A stretch of DNA of 64,000 bases from a virus. Made by a program: the position numbers and the translations under genes. The stretch is from IMG/VR virus record IMGVR_UViG_3300010233_000008. One strand, 5' to 3'. Below the pieces are notes generated by a model. It saw only the letters and a program-made list of their open reading frames with translations, ran no database searches and was not told the origin of the DNA. Shown here in pieces: positions 47,790 to 56,899 of this stretch (position 1 is its first letter; each line of letters opens with the position of its first letter).

Positions 47790-48193
47790 CAAAAATCAGA
47801 CCTAATTTATATCTGGGTTCTTGGCAATCCGTAAACGCTAAAGACTTAGAGCAAAATAAAATTACCGCAATTCTTTGTTGTGACCATAATCTAGTTCCAG
47901 ATTTACATTCTATTCGTGAAAAATATAAGTGGATATGCGTTCATTTGCATGATAATGAATTACCGAATCCTTCTCATGTTTTAGAAATTTCAGCAAATAT
48001 TTTAGATCAATTATTGTGTAATAATGAAACTGTATTGGTTCATTGTATTGCCGGATCAAATCGCGCCCCTTCTGTCGTTTGCAAATACTTAACTAATGAA
48101 TATGGTGGGGGTTGGGATGAAAACTGGAATCAATTAAGAAAATTAAGAGCGGCTGTCGGTAAATATTCTAAGGTTATGCAATATTTAAAATGA
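47786..48193 (+). CDS. dual-specificity protein/carbohydrate phosphatase (135 aa)
   Basis: active-site VHCIAGSNRAPSVV (CX5R P-loop) with upstream HLHD general-acid loop and N-terminal LYLGS start typical of DSPs. Confidence 0.65.
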   Translation: MTKIRPNLYLGSWQSVNAKDLEQNKITAILCCDHNLVPDLHSIREKYKWICVHLHDNELPNPSHVLEISANILDQLLCNNETVLVHCIAGSNRAPSVVCKYLTNEYGGGWDENWNQLRKLRAAVGKYSKVMQYLK

Positions 48194-48492
48194 TTTTTCA
48201 ATTCATAATTTCAATTTTATCTGCCTACGGATTGGCTATTGCCGTCGTTCAAAAGGGAGATAAATTTCCAGTTAAATTATTAGTCAATCCATTAAGAAAT
48301 CTTATTCATTGGATCAACCCAGAAGCTACGGAAGTTTTAGAATGCGCTCCATGCTTCTCATTTTGGGCTGCAATCCTTACCAGTTCTTACGTAATGATCT
48401 TTCATAATCATCCCGTATCATTTCTACCTTTGCATGGCTTAATATCTCTGGGGCTTACATGGACGATCTATGAAGCTTTGCCACAGAAATAA
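48190..48492 (+). CDS. membrane protein (100 aa)
   Basis: 2-3 predicted TM helices; ATGA overlap with phosphatase gene. Confidence 0.45.
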   Translation: MIFQFIISILSAYGLAIAVVQKGDKFPVKLLVNPLRNLIHWINPEATEVLECAPCFSFWAAILTSSYVMIFHNHPVSFLPLHGLISLGLTWTIYEALPQK

Positions 48493-48687
48493 TTAATCCT
48501 TTTCCATGGCCCAAGAAATAAAACCGCATATAATTGTTGCAATTCCAACAATAAGATTAAATATAAAAAGTCCAGCCATATTTTCTTTGCGTTGTTCCGT
48601 CCATGTCGGATCAAGAGGAAAATTACACATTACTATGATAACCATCATGGCTAATTGAAGCCCGCAAAAAATCGCAATAAATTTCAT
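48493..48687 (-). CDS. small membrane protein (64 aa)
   Basis: last gene of leftward operon; hydrophobic. Confidence 0.4.
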   Translation of the reverse strand: MKFIAIFCGLQLAMMVIIVMCNFPLDPTWTEQRKENMAGLFIFNLIVGIATIICGFISWAMEKD

Positions 48688-48707
48688 ATTTAACTTTCTA
48701 GCTCTGC

Positions 48708-48950
48708 TTAATCGGCAGGGCTATTTTTATTGTATTCATTCCAATAATCTTCAAGCGAATCTCTCAACAATCTCCCAAAATTCATTAAATCTTTATCACT
48801 CCAACAAAATGGAGTTCCAAACCCAAATTCTTCAAATAACAAATCTATCCCCTTATCATCAATCCATTGCTTAAGAATTTTATGATAATCGGGAATTTTT
48901 CCTCCGTTTCCAATTACAAATGAATCCTGTTCGTCGGTTTCTATTGGCAT
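48708..48950 (-). CDS. hypothetical protein (80 aa)
   Basis: - strand ORF in compact leftward array. Confidence 0.4.
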   Translation of the reverse strand: MPIETDEQDSFVIGNGGKIPDYHKILKQWIDDKGIDLLFEEFGFGTPFCWSDKDLMNFGRLLRDSLEDYWNEYNKNSPAD

Positions 48951-49051
48951 AAATTACCTTATTGCCGGAAATAGGATTTGCACCTATACGCTCCGAAGAG
49001 CAAATCATTTTAAATGATTCTTGTCTGCTAATTTCAACATTCCGGCTTAAT

Positions 49052-49378
49052 TCATACAAAAAAATGATGTACAATCCATCCACCAATTAAAATAGGTAGC
49101 GGATAGGTTGCATATCCAAATTCATATCCAGCCATTTTCTTTAATTCATACTTATCCTTATATCCCGGATCAGGCTTATAAAAAGCCTTGGCTGTATAAA
49201 TCAATCCGACAATAATCCAAAATTTAGGAACTTCAATATTGAATTGATTAACTACAAACCAACTCCATAATTTACTAACAACCCAAGCCTGAATAAGCGG
49301 ACCAAATATAACTGAAATCCACATTAAAAATAACTGTGCCGACTTCTCCGCACAACCTTCAATTTCTTTATCTGTCAT
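49052..49378 (-). CDS. membrane protein (108 aa)
   Basis: 3 predicted TM segments. Confidence 0.45.
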   Translation of the reverse strand: MTDKEIEGCAEKSAQLFLMWISVIFGPLIQAWVVSKLWSWFVVNQFNIEVPKFWIIVGLIYTAKAFYKPDPGYKDKYELKKMAGYEFGYATYPLPILIGGWIVHHFFV

Positions 49379-49388
49379 AATAAATCCT

Positions 49389-49640
49389 TTAAATATACTC
49401 CGACTTTAATTCTTCCCTAAACCCTTTATTGGTCATTTCATCTTCCCATCCCTTCAATTTCCTTTTAATTTTCTTCATAGCGATACATCCCAATTGCCTA
49501 CAAGATTCAACACTTAAATTCATATTATATCTTTTCTTCATTTCTAATGCAACTTCTTCCCAGCTTCTTTCCGAATTACCAAATTCCTTTCCTAAAGCTC
49601 TAATTCTTTTTCGATTAGAGATTTTTTCAAGCCTGTTCAT
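49389..49640 (-). CDS. sigma-region-4-like HTH protein, tandem paralog 1 (83 aa)
   Basis: W.EV..E.KKR......W; similar to 49627..49878. Confidence 0.45.
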   Translation of the reverse strand: MNRLEKISNRKRIRALGKEFGNSERSWEEVALEMKKRYNMNLSVESCRQLGCIAMKKIKRKLKGWEDEMTNKGFREELKSEYI

Positions 49641-49878
49641 AATACTTCAATTCTCCGATAACTCCTTTATCTGAAAACTCATCTTTAAATTTATCTAGTT
49701 CATTAACTATCTTTTTCTCCGCATCTCTAGCAATATATTTACACCAAGTTGGAGTTAAAGATATTCCAGTTCTCTTTTTTAATTCGTCGGAAACTTCGGT
49801 CCATGTTCTTTCCCAATTTCCATTAATTCTAAATGGCGAACGATCTGGACTTTCAACTCTCTTCTTACGCATTTTCAA
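49627..49878 (-). CDS. sigma-region-4-like HTH protein, tandem paralog 2 (83 aa)
   Basis: paralog of previous; 14-nt overlap. Confidence 0.45.
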   Translation of the reverse strand: MKMRKKRVESPDRSPFRINGNWERTWTEVSDELKKRTGISLTPTWCKYIARDAEKKIVNELDKFKDEFSDKGVIGELKYYEQA

Positions 49879-50351
49879 AATTCCTCATATTCCCACCCGT
49901 CTTTACCCAAATAACAGCCAATAAATTGAAACATCGGATACATTTCCGCAGCTACTTTTATTTTTACTCTTGCGTCGTCTTCATAATGAACTTTTTCTTT
50001 GCCTTTCACTTTCCATTTTACCTTAACTTCGTGAAATTGCAAGCGTAAATTTGAAAGCATTACAAAAAAATCAGGAATGAAATAGGTTTTGTCGGCAAGT
50101 CTTAATTTTATTGCCTCGTATTTCCATAGTTCAATTTCACCAGCAATTTTTCTTATGGCCAAAAGCTCAGAATACTTTCTCTCAGAATTATTCATTTCTG
50201 ATTGACTATTATTTATTTTTCCTTCCGCAAATTTTCCCTTTTTTTTATCTATATCCGCAATTAATGCTCGTTTTAATGGGGAATTGGGACCAGATAGAAT
50301 TGAGGATGAGGAAAGATTAGGCAATTTTTGCTTCCTCAATCTTTCCCACAA
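49875..50351 (-). CDS. putative PD-(D/E)XK nuclease (158 aa)
   Basis: E(110s)...IPDFFV...x15...HEVKVK arrangement of motifs I-III. Confidence 0.4.
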   Translation of the reverse strand: MWERLRKQKLPNLSSSSILSGPNSPLKRALIADIDKKKGKFAEGKINNSQSEMNNSERKYSELLAIRKIAGEIELWKYEAIKLRLADKTYFIPDFFVMLSNLRLQFHEVKVKWKVKGKEKVHYEDDARVKIKVAAEMYPMFQFIGCYLGKDGWEYEEF

Positions 50352-50523
50352 CCCAATTTAATCTAGGAAAATTCATACCATGCGCATAACAAAATACTGA
50401 TTGCGAATCTACTGCTTTCTTCCAATTCATAGCTTCCGCTCCAGATAACTCGGCAAACTCATCCCCATATTCAATTCTTATTTTACTAATTACTTTTTGC
50501 GAAGTTAAGTTATGACTTTCCAT
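50317..50523 (-). CDS. hypothetical protein (68 aa)
   Basis: overlapping ORF in leftward operon. Confidence 0.35.
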   Translation of the reverse strand: MESHNLTSQKVISKIRIEYGDEFAELSGAEAMNWKKAVDSQSVFCYAHGMNFPRLNWVVGKIEEAKIA

Positions 50524-51035
50524 TGTATTTCCTGACCCTTCTTTGGTTTATTAGGTAAAATTCTCCACTCCCTTAATTTTCCGCAAATATTTCTTAGCTT
50601 ACCATAAAAATTCCAATATTTAGGATGATCGGAAATTAAGTCATCTATCCACATATCTCCCGACCATTGAACTGCTACTCTATTATTCTTATGAAGCCTA
50701 TGTTTATAAACCCATTCCTCTAATTTATCATCATAAATTACTCCACCACATCCTATTTCCCACCAAAATCCCTTATGCCAAATTAGTTTAGGGGTAAATC
50801 CGCCCTGACTAATTTGAGCTTCAAATTCAAATACTTTTTGTGTTCCTTTATAAAAAATAACGGTGGAAATAAAACACAGATATGGTTTTAAATATTGGCT
50901 GGGACCATTAATAATTGGTTCGCAAATCCATATCATATTATTATGATTTGGTTCATTTTCAAACCAAGAATTAATAGGTAGGGATTCGGCGCGTCGATGT
51001 TCATTATTGATGTAGATGTCTTGATAATCAGACAT
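50505..51035 (-). CDS. hypothetical protein (176 aa)
   Basis: compact operon member; Trp-rich. Confidence 0.45.
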   Translation of the reverse strand: MSDYQDIYINNEHRRAESLPINSWFENEPNHNNMIWICEPIINGPSQYLKPYLCFISTVIFYKGTQKVFEFEAQISQGGFTPKLIWHKGFWWEIGCGGVIYDDKLEEWVYKHRLHKNNRVAVQWSGDMWIDDLISDHPKYWNFYGKLRNICGKLREWRILPNKPKKGQEIQWKVIT

Positions 51036-51222
51036 TGGGGTTTATCGAATATACTGACTCAATAACGATTCTGGCTGGCGTCGGATCGGACCATATGATT
51101 TCTTCCTCGGACTCAATCATATTGGAAGCGATAATCTTCGCTTCTTTTTCGTTTTCTGCCTCAACTAAAATCGAGCAATCGGTTTGAACTTCTGTGTGTG
51201 CATAAACTCTATACTTTTTCAT
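51028..51222 (-). CDS. hypothetical acidic protein (64 aa)
   Basis: compact operon member. Confidence 0.4.
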   Translation of the reverse strand: MKKYRVYAHTEVQTDCSILVEAENEKEAKIIASNMIESEEEIIWSDPTPARIVIESVYSINPNV

Positions 51223-51541
51223 TTACAATCTCCATAATTTTTTTGGCTATAATATTAGCATGACAATTTTTTGGAAAACACCAACAAATAAGCGTTAATT
51301 TTTCTTCCTTTTTATATACTTCAACCAATCTAAAAATTTCCCTGCTTACTTCATTAACTGTTTTCATTTTTTCGTCTAGCCAATTACCATATAACTCGAT
51401 AGCAATATCTGGATTTTCTACTAATTTGGCTCGATCAACTATACTACTTTTTACGCTACTCCAAGGATTTCCTAAAACTGAAGGTCTTCCAACATAAATG
51501 CCTTCGCCTTTATAAGTATGTTTATTGGCGATGGTAATCAT
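51209..51541 (-). CDS. DUF4326-family protein (110 aa)
   Basis: YVGRPSVLGNPW...ELYGNWL...LICWCFPKNCHANII matches DUF4326 (Y.GR...GNPF ... L.C.C.P..CH). Confidence 0.5.
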   Translation of the reverse strand: MITIANKHTYKGEGIYVGRPSVLGNPWSSVKSSIVDRAKLVENPDIAIELYGNWLDEKMKTVNEVSREIFRLVEVYKKEEKLTLICWCFPKNCHANIIAKKIMEIVNEKV

Positions 51542-52422
51542 TGATGATCTGGGTTGGTGGTTGGCGGCATAGTAACTACCGGAACACCCATTGGGCCACT
51601 AGGAATATAGATTACCGTATGGTCCGGACTGCCGATTACAGTTTTTTGGGCTTCAATTGCTTGATACTGAATATAATTTGTTGAAAGCTTTTGGTTGATA
51701 ATGTCCATTGCCTTTGCGATCCCCTCGGCTTCTATGATTCTCTTTTGGGCATCGGCTTGCATGATGCTAATTTCTGTTTTCTTTTGTTCCAAGACTTGTT
51801 GAATCGCCATTTTATTCGATACCGCATCAGCAACCACGGAAGGATATTGGACACTTCCGACAACTACATTGGTTACTTTGTACGGCGTATCTTTTGTCAA
51901 ATTGTCAACTCTATTTTGTACAGCCAACCCAATTTCATCTAAATTATCCTTAACATCTAATCCGCCATACTTTTGCACTTCGATTCTGGCAAAAGTTCTA
52001 AGAGGCTGCTTTACAAAATTATTATAAGCATCTTGGGCGCATTTGTCCGGGTTATTAAAATCCCCAGCACTAAATTTTTCAATGAATTGTTGTACTCCAT
52101 CGGGTTTAATTTGCCAAGTAAGATGGACAGCAAAAGATATTTTTAGATTATCTTTTGCTAGAACAGAATCATTTTCGGTAAATTCTTCATCGTAGGTATA
52201 TGGAGTAACGCTTACATTGGCAACATGGCCAAGCCAAGTTCTACCATAACTTGTTGGTCCGGTTTGCAATCCAAGAAAATGTGTATTTCCAAATACGGCG
52301 GATTGAGTTACATATCCAACATATCCCGCTGGAGTTTCTGGATTTCTACTACCGACAAACCAAATAAATCCAGACAAAATTAGCACAACAAAAATTGCCG
52401 CACTCGTAATCTTTCCGATCAT
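51538..52422 (-). CDS. SPFH/band-7 (HflK/C, stomatin-like) membrane protein (294 aa)
   Basis: N-terminal TM, band-7 core, C-terminal coiled coil QADAQKRIIEAEGIAKAMDIINQKL typical of SPFH proteins. Confidence 0.55.
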   Translation of the reverse strand: MIGKITSAAIFVVLILSGFIWFVGSRNPETPAGYVGYVTQSAVFGNTHFLGLQTGPTSYGRTWLGHVANVSVTPYTYDEEFTENDSVLAKDNLKISFAVHLTWQIKPDGVQQFIEKFSAGDFNNPDKCAQDAYNNFVKQPLRTFARIEVQKYGGLDVKDNLDEIGLAVQNRVDNLTKDTPYKVTNVVVGSVQYPSVVADAVSNKMAIQQVLEQKKTEISIMQADAQKRIIEAEGIAKAMDIINQKLSTNYIQYQAIEAQKTVIGSPDHTVIYIPSGPMGVPVVTMPPTTNPDHQ

Positions 52423-52423
52423 A

Positions 52424-52645
52424 TTATCCTATCGCCTTCTTTGTTCTATCCACCAAATTCTTACCAATACTATTATCCACCAATACTTCCGAAAAAGCAA
52501 TCCATTCTTCTAATAATTTCTTCATATTTTCAACATCACCAGAATTATAAACGGTAAAAACTGGCGGCTTCTTTTCCGGGAATTCTCTTAATACCCTCAT
52601 TCCATCCAACCAATTAATTCCTGATAAATATGGTTTTTCAGTCAT
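52424..52645 (-). CDS. hypothetical protein (73 aa)
   Basis: compact operon member. Confidence 0.4.
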   Translation of the reverse strand: MTEKPYLSGINWLDGMRVLREFPEKKPPVFTVYNSGDVENMKKLLEEWIAFSEVLVDNSIGKNLVDRTKKAIG

Positions 52646-52985
52646 CTTGCTCCTTTAACTTAATTCTAGCGACTTCTAAAATTTTGTCAACTCCAAATTT
52701 TTTACAAGCTGGCTCATCCAATTCAACATTCAAAACAACTTGCTCATTTTCTGTCCTAGTAATTCTAAATTTTAGAGCATCTTCTAAAGTTAAGTCCGTC
52801 CAAATTACAACCCAAGTTAATAAATCAATTCCTATATGGACTTCTTTGTCTCCGGGATTATTATTTCCTATGATAGCGTCATAAAAACTAACACTTGCTC
52901 CGTTATAGCTATCATCATTAACTAATTTAACTATTTCGTCAATTAGTTGATGGGATGGAGATTTATGAAGGAAATCATCGAGCAT
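52638..52985 (-). CDS. hypothetical protein (115 aa)
   Basis: compact operon member. Confidence 0.4.
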   Translation of the reverse strand: MLDDFLHKSPSHQLIDEIVKLVNDDSYNGASVSFYDAIIGNNNPGDKEVHIGIDLLTWVVIWTDLTLEDALKFRITRTENEQVVLNVELDEPACKKFGVDKILEVARIKLKEQDD

Positions 52986-53175
52986 TTTTATCCTTTAGCT
53001 TGCCGTTTTCATAATCCACTGTTTCAGAAAAGAACATTAACATCGTATTAATAAGAAAAATGAAATACCCAATTATTAAGTACGAGGAGTTTTTTGTGGC
53101 AATTCCAATTATGCCTAAAATGCAAGCCACTACAAGAATTCCCGCACACGCCGTTCTAATTTTTTCTCCGGTCAC
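52975..53175 (-). CDS. small membrane protein (66 aa)
   Basis: two hydrophobic helices. Confidence 0.4.
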   Translation of the reverse strand: MTGEKIRTACAGILVVACILGIIGIATKNSSYLIIGYFIFLINTMLMFFSETVDYENGKLKDKNAR

Positions 53176-53453
53176 AAATTATTCCTTTCTTTGTGTTTTT
53201 CCTCAATAATCTTCTCTTTTTCGGTAGGTTTATCCTGCTCTAATTCCTGAAACATAATCTTTTGAACTTCTTCTTCTGGAATCTTTTCTTGCCTCCCAAT
53301 ATCAATAGCCATTGCGCATATTGATCTAACGGCTTTACCTAAATAATCTAATGCCTGACCGACTGTTGGCTGAGGTTTAATAAAGAATTCGGCATTCATT
53401 CCCACATTAGTTATTTCATCAGTAAAAGTTAATACGAAAAGTTTTTTTCTCAT
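53172..53453 (-). CDS. hypothetical protein (93 aa)
   Basis: compact operon member. Confidence 0.4.
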   Translation of the reverse strand: MRKKLFVLTFTDEITNVGMNAEFFIKPQPTVGQALDYLGKAVRSICAMAIDIGRQEKIPEEEVQKIMFQELEQDKPTEKEKIIEEKHKERNNL

Positions 53454-53743
53454 TAAAATACCGGGTCTTTCAATTTATTATTCCAAGGATTATCACCCCA
53501 CACATGATCGTTAAACCAATGAACAAATTGCTCCACTACAACTTTATCGAATCCCGTTGCCTCATCTATCATCATTTCTAATCCACTTTTGGGACCGGAA
53601 TATCCAGTATCTTTTACAAAATGATCTAATACTTTATCATTTTTAATTGCCCATAAAAGACATCCCGACCATGCCATTTTCTGCAATGGATCATATTCAT
53701 AAGCTGATCTTAAAAGTTCACCAATGTCTTTCTGATCTTCCAT
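53453..53743 (-). CDS. hypothetical protein (96 aa)
   Basis: compact operon member. Confidence 0.4.
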   Translation of the reverse strand: MEDQKDIGELLRSAYEYDPLQKMAWSGCLLWAIKNDKVLDHFVKDTGYSGPKSGLEMMIDEATGFDKVVVEQFVHWFNDHVWGDNPWNNKLKDPVF

Positions 53744-53773
53744 TCCTAAATCCTACCACAAAATATTCGGAAG

Positions 53774-54358
53774 TCAATCAAATTTTACCAAATTCCCCAT
53801 ATTTTCTAAAAGTAATGGAATAATAGGTATTTCCATTTTACTTTCAGTTCTCGCCATCGTCCAATCTATCTGCCCTTTAATTAAACACCTCCCATTTATA
53901 TCCCATCTATCCCTATTTAATCTATTGGTTAATTTATGTGGATCATCCCTCATTAATTTTAGCCAATTAATCCATCCAATTTTACCGGGGAATTTACAGC
54001 CATAGATTTCAACTTGTCCGATATATTTAGATAATAAATAAAGTTCTTCCGAAGATTCGTAAGCTATAACAAAAAACCAATCTGGATCGACTCTCGCCCT
54101 ATCTCTAATTAAAGCTCCAAAACATTTTAGTTGGAATTCATCGTCATCTAAATAATAATTCATTGCATCAATTATTATGGGGGAAAATTCTATTCCCCAT
54201 CTTGATAATTCATCATATAAATCATTATATTTTATTGTTGATTTTACGGATTGGCTTTTATCGAATATAAATTTATGGATATCATCTTCTATATTTTTAT
54301 CCCAAAATAATCGGGAGGAAATTAGGGATTGGATTGAGGAATTGAAATCTTGACACAT
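53774..54358 (-). CDS. hypothetical protein (194 aa)
   Basis: compact operon member. Confidence 0.45.
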   Translation of the reverse strand: MCQDFNSSIQSLISSRLFWDKNIEDDIHKFIFDKSQSVKSTIKYNDLYDELSRWGIEFSPIIIDAMNYYLDDDEFQLKCFGALIRDRARVDPDWFFVIAYESSEELYLLSKYIGQVEIYGCKFPGKIGWINWLKLMRDDPHKLTNRLNRDRWDINGRCLIKGQIDWTMARTESKMEIPIIPLLLENMGNLVKFD

Positions 54359-54371
54359 TAATCATCCTTGA

Positions 54372-54650
54372 TTAGATATCTGTTTGTCTTAACATTTTGC
54401 CGATCCATTCTGCTGGTTTATCTGGCAAGTCTATCGGCTCGATTTGCGACGGATTTATTTCTCCGTTTAATATTTTATCTGCTATCTTCTTACCTAAATC
54501 TCCCGCATATCTACATAATTTTTTAGTTTTTCCATAAGTTGTTACTGTAAATCTATTCCCGGTCTCTTCTAATCCGAAAATAATAACTACTGGACATTTT
54601 CTCTTGTCGGAAATATTTTCGGCATCCTTGATTGGAATTTTCCCAGCCAT
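54372..54650 (-). CDS. hypothetical protein (92 aa)
   Basis: compact operon member. Confidence 0.4.
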   Translation of the reverse strand: MAGKIPIKDAENISDKRKCPVVIIFGLEETGNRFTVTTYGKTKKLCRYAGDLGKKIADKILNGEINPSQIEPIDLPDKPAEWIGKMLRQTDI

Positions 54651-54961
54651 TAAAATACCTCCTCATCTTGAACATCTAAATAATCTCTAAGTTTAACCTT
54701 TTTTAATTTTACGTTAACTGTTACTCCGGATTCCAATAAATCTTCTTCGCCCGTTGAATCCATTAAATCTTGAATTAAATCAGAAGTGTAATCCATCGCA
54801 TCAAAATAGCTTCTGATCCAAATCTCGTCAAATTCTTTATTTCTCGATGGTTCGATTACCCAACAATTAATTATGGATTCAGGGGATTCGTTATTTGGTA
54901 ATTTTTCGCCACGCCAATCTACTTTTTCTTCGTTTTTCATTAGTGTTTTCCTTCTGCCCAA
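54650..54961 (-). CDS. hypothetical acidic protein (103 aa)
   Basis: compact operon member. Confidence 0.4.
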   Translation of the reverse strand: MGRRKTLMKNEEKVDWRGEKLPNNESPESIINCWVIEPSRNKEFDEIWIRSYFDAMDYTSDLIQDLMDSTGEEDLLESGVTVNVKLKKVKLRDYLDVQDEEVF

Positions 54962-55311
54962 CCGTAAAGGTCAGATAGGTTATAAAATACGGGTAAATTC
55001 ATTTTTTGAAATTCTAGCGTTTCTCCGTCCGCTCCATTAGACAGCCATAGATCATAATTCATAGGTTTATATTTAGAAGCTAGTCTAATACAGGCATCAA
55101 ATGTCCCACGTCTAATTAAATCTAGATCATATTTAGTCCAATCTTCATAGGGTCTAGGATTAAATATGTGTTGAAAGTGAGACCATAAAGGAGCGAATGG
55201 TAAAACAATTCCATCGCTCAACATCGTTTCAAACATTTCCATTTGGAAACGAGTATTGATTCCAACATCGTTATGGCTATATGGGGAAGCTATATAAATT
55301 AACTTTTTCAT
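54940..55311 (-). CDS. nucleoside 2-deoxyribosyltransferase-like (DUF4406/Rcl-like) protein (123 aa)
   Basis: N-terminal KLIYIASPYS resembles the IYLAGPF start of the nucleoside deoxyribosyltransferase fold; weak. Confidence 0.4.
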   Translation of the reverse strand: MKKLIYIASPYSHNDVGINTRFQMEMFETMLSDGIVLPFAPLWSHFQHIFNPRPYEDWTKYDLDLIRRGTFDACIRLASKYKPMNYDLWLSNGADGETLEFQKMNLPVFYNLSDLYGWAEGKH

Positions 55312-55318
55312 TTAAATA

Positions 55319-55543
55319 TTATTCATCCCCAAGGTAAATGGTTTTGAAATGTTCTTCCGCTCTATCCATTAAAATTTTCCACCAAACTTCTCTATATTCT
55401 TCGCTTATTGCATTAGCAAATTCATACCCAGCTTCCTCTATTGAGTTTTCTTCGTGTTCCCAAAGAAATTCAGCTTTATATATTTCCTTTTTATTTTCTT
55501 TGGTTGTTTCTCTCATAACACTCAAAATTTCCATTCTCGCCAA
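55319..55543 (-). CDS. hypothetical protein (74 aa)
   Basis: compact operon member. Confidence 0.35.
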   Translation of the reverse strand: MARMEILSVMRETTKENKKEIYKAEFLWEHEENSIEEAGYEFANAISEEYREVWWKILMDRAEEHFKTIYLGDE

Positions 55544-55703
55544 ACGACATTACAAATTTATTTTCAGATTCTAATTCGGGAATCAACTGAAAATTTTCGT
55601 TTAGAAAAACTATAGAAAATTGTTGGCCACTATTAGTAAATATTGTTGCCAATTTTTCTAGATCGCTTCCAATCGGAATAAGAACACGTTCTTTCTTTTT
55701 CAC
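55491..55703 (-). CDS. hypothetical protein (70 aa)
   Basis: compact operon member. Confidence 0.35.
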   Translation of the reverse strand: MKKKERVLIPIGSDLEKLATIFTNSGQQFSIVFLNENFQLIPELESENKFVMSFGENGNFECYERNNQRK

Positions 55704-56062
55704 TTTTTGCCTTTTGTTAATTTTCTAATTACTTCTGCACATTTACCTTTACTTGGTCTATCGTCTATTAATCTACCTAATTCTTTAGCGTCTAAAAGTA
55801 TTGCCGTATTAGCCCTTATGTGAGCAAAATGATGATATCCGCTTTGTTTATCAATATCTTCTCCATCCAAATAAGAATCTAAATGTCTTTTTATCGCATC
55901 GCAATAGACCGTAGCCGATACATTAGATTTTCGCCAATTAAACTCGCCGTAAATTTTTGCACTATCTTCTAATACTTTGGCTTCATAATAATTGGCCACA
56001 GGAGGAGTAAAATGACAACTAGGTTTGGTTCTACCTATTGCGTCTTTGGGATTACCTTTCAT
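55700..56062 (-). CDS. hypothetical protein (120 aa)
   Basis: compact operon member. Confidence 0.4.
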   Translation of the reverse strand: MKGNPKDAIGRTKPSCHFTPPVANYYEAKVLEDSAKIYGEFNWRKSNVSATVYCDAIKRHLDSYLDGEDIDKQSGYHHFAHIRANTAILLDAKELGRLIDDRPSKGKCAEVIRKLTKGKK

Positions 56063-56253
56063 TCCGCCTCTTTTAATGAATCAATTTCTTCGTCTTTTTC
56101 TACAAGCTCATCTTCCAAATTAGTAATTTGTAGTTCTAAATCTTCGATTTCATTTCTTTGGCTGCTTATTTCATTCTCCAACTCTACAATCTTACTTTCG
56201 TAATCATCGCAAACTTCTTCCATTACTGAAATTGCGTCATTTCTATCATTCAT
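56059..56253 (-). CDS. acidic coiled-coil protein (64 aa)
   Basis: heptad-like ELENEISSQRNEIEDLELQITNLEDEL. Confidence 0.4.
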   Translation of the reverse strand: MNDRNDAISVMEEVCDDYESKIVELENEISSQRNEIEDLELQITNLEDELVEKDEEIDSLKEAE

Positions 56254-56256
56254 ATA

Positions 56257-56469
56257 TCACCTGCTTTTTGATGTTGCTAATGGGACTTTAATTTTAACGG
56301 TTCTCAAATATGCGAACGATTCGCATTTCGGATATTTGGCAATACTATTTTCTGCATCCACCCTTGAAATCCATGCGACAGCCCCTCCTTCTCCTATATC
56401 TTCCGCCATAAATGTATTGTTCCTTCGATCAACTACAAAATACAACTCGTCATAATTTTTCTTTTTCAT
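56257..56469 (-). CDS. hypothetical protein (70 aa)
   Basis: first gene of this leftward array; divergent region follows. Confidence 0.4.
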   Translation of the reverse strand: MKKKNYDELYFVVDRRNNTFMAEDIGEGGAVAWISRVDAENSIAKYPKCESFAYLRTVKIKVPLATSKSR

Positions 56470-56520
56470 AGTCCACCAATTATATCAGGTAGAAATTAGA
56501 ATGCAAGGGGAAAATTTATG

Positions 56521-56548
56521 TTGACAAAAATTTATTTTGGGGTAAGAT
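56521..56548 (+). promoter_or_regulatory. sigma70-like promoter TTGACA-16-TAAGAT
   Basis: -35 56521-56526, -10 56543-56548; ATG 56555 at predicted TSS (leaderless). Confidence 0.45.
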
Positions 56549-56554
56549 TAAATA

Positions 56555-56899
56555 ATGGAAACAGAATTCAAACATCCTAACGATATTCATGTCGCACATT
56601 TTTGTAATGGTAAAATTCGCGGATATCCATCCGTAGTTTGTAGTTCTTGTCGAGAAGCAAAAGAAAAAGACAATTTAACTATTAATCAATTAGTCGAAAT
56701 GGCTAACGAATTACAGGGAAAACTTTATTATAAGTTTGGGTATAAGAATCCGGAAAATCAAACTAAAATTTTAGTGTGGTGGAACAATTGTTGGCAAATG
56801 GGATTTTGTATAAATGAAGAAATCTATATTGAAAATGTTCCAATGAGAGTTAAGGCTGATTTTTGGAAACCACTTCCACCTAAGCCAACTCTTGTTTAG
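56555..56899 (+). CDS. zinc-finger protein (114 aa)
   Basis: HFCNGK...CSSCREAKEK; isolated + strand gene in a - strand region. Confidence 0.45.
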   Translation: METEFKHPNDIHVAHFCNGKIRGYPSVVCSSCREAKEKDNLTINQLVEMANELQGKLYYKFGYKNPENQTKILVWWNNCWQMGFCINEEIYIENVPMRVKADFWKPLPPKPTLV

